From positions 9,661 through 73,660 of the forward strand of contig JAKSQJ010000002.1 in the NCBI GenBank assembly GCA_024404195.1: DNA of 64,000 nt. Reading direction: 5' to 3'. The notes beneath the pieces were generated by a model. That model searched no databases. It was not told the origin of the DNA and saw only the letters and a list, made by a program, of their open reading frames with translations. How positions within the stretch are numbered: position 1 is the first letter of the stretch; each line of letters opens with the position of its first letter. Origin of the DNA: Clostridia bacterium. Lineage in GTDB: Bacteria; Bacillota; Clostridia; Oscillospirales; Acutalibacteraceae. This document shows positions 63,862 through 64,000 of this stretch, piece after piece. The translations under genes were made by a program, and so were the position numbers.

Positions 63862-64000
63862 ATGTTTAAGTTACTTAAATACACCAAAAAGAAGGACTGG
63901 CTTTTTGCCGTTCTTGCGGTGGGATTTATCGTTGTTCAGGTCTGGCTTGAACTTAAAATGCCCGACTATATGAACATAATCACTCAAATTGCTCAGGGTA
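63862..64000 (+). CDS. ABC exporter (fused TMD-NBD type), N-terminal fragment, continues beyond window
   Basis: The ATG at 63862 follows AAAGGAG. MFKLLKYTKKKDWLFAVLAVGFIVVQVWLEL is typical of MsbA/LmrA-type half-transporter N-termini. It is divergent from the TetR gene. Confidence 0.5.
   Translation, partial: MFKLLKYTKKKDWLFAVLAVGFIVVQVWLELKMPDYMNIITQIAQG

Noticed and set aside
1-64000. Search for CRISPR arrays, rRNA or tRNA genes, IS elements or prophage genes
   Set aside because: I saw no regularly spaced direct repeats, no conserved RNA gene sequences, and no transposase, integrase or phage structural ORFs in any frame.

Overview
This is a 64-kb chromosomal segment from a low-GC, spore-forming, anaerobic Firmicute. 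It is Clostridia-like, and its gene content resembles gut or rumen Ruminococcaceae/Oscillospiraceae, but the taxon cannot be proven from sequence alone. I can support about 60 protein genes. I saw no rRNA, tRNA, CRISPR array, transposase or integrase.

Layout:
- 1-4.2 kb: capsule-type BY-kinase/phosphatase genes and a GH37 trehalase.
- 4.3-18.9 kb: the most interesting region. Three sigmaA promoters are each followed by a T-box leader whose specifier positions read CUC (Leu), AUC (Ile) and GUA (Val). Each leader drives an AMP-forming acyl-CoA ligase with an unusual N-terminal or partner domain: a catalytically degenerate LeuA-like protein plus a TIM-barrel fusion in the first module, and XRE-HTH + cupin fusions in the other two. 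The last unit continues into a Nit-family amidase, a UreG/HypB-like P-loop NTPase, a four-subunit 2-oxoacid:ferredoxin oxidoreductase and IlvE. I read this as a tRNA-charging-gated pathway that salvages branched-chain fatty acids into branched-chain amino acids by reductive carboxylation.
- 18.9-23.4 kb: metF, a split-metH activation-domain protein and metH.
- 23.5-25.7 kb: tex.
- 25.9-27.7 kb: an AT-rich type II R-M islet.
- 27.8-36.3 kb: radA, cwlD, a GT2 gene, a BceRS-BceAB-type module whose ATPase carries an in-frame TAA, and an MscS-family channel.
- 36.5-39.4 kb: rsmD, coaD and tandem lipoproteins.
- 39.5-44.6 kb: Re-citrate synthase, GntR regulator, aconitase and isocitrate dehydrogenase.
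- 44.6-54.1 kb: cell-wall and nucleotide housekeeping genes (class B PBP, U32 peptidase, mltG, DJ-1, tmk, thyX, prs, spoIIP, maf).
- 54.4-61.8 kb: a teichoic-acid-like polymer locus (GT2-TagF fusion, ATP-grasp-HAD fusion, tagGH, rfbAB).
- 61.9-64.0 kb: membrane proteins, a TetR regulator and the start of an ABC exporter.

All functional calls come from motif recognition by eye. No database search was run.
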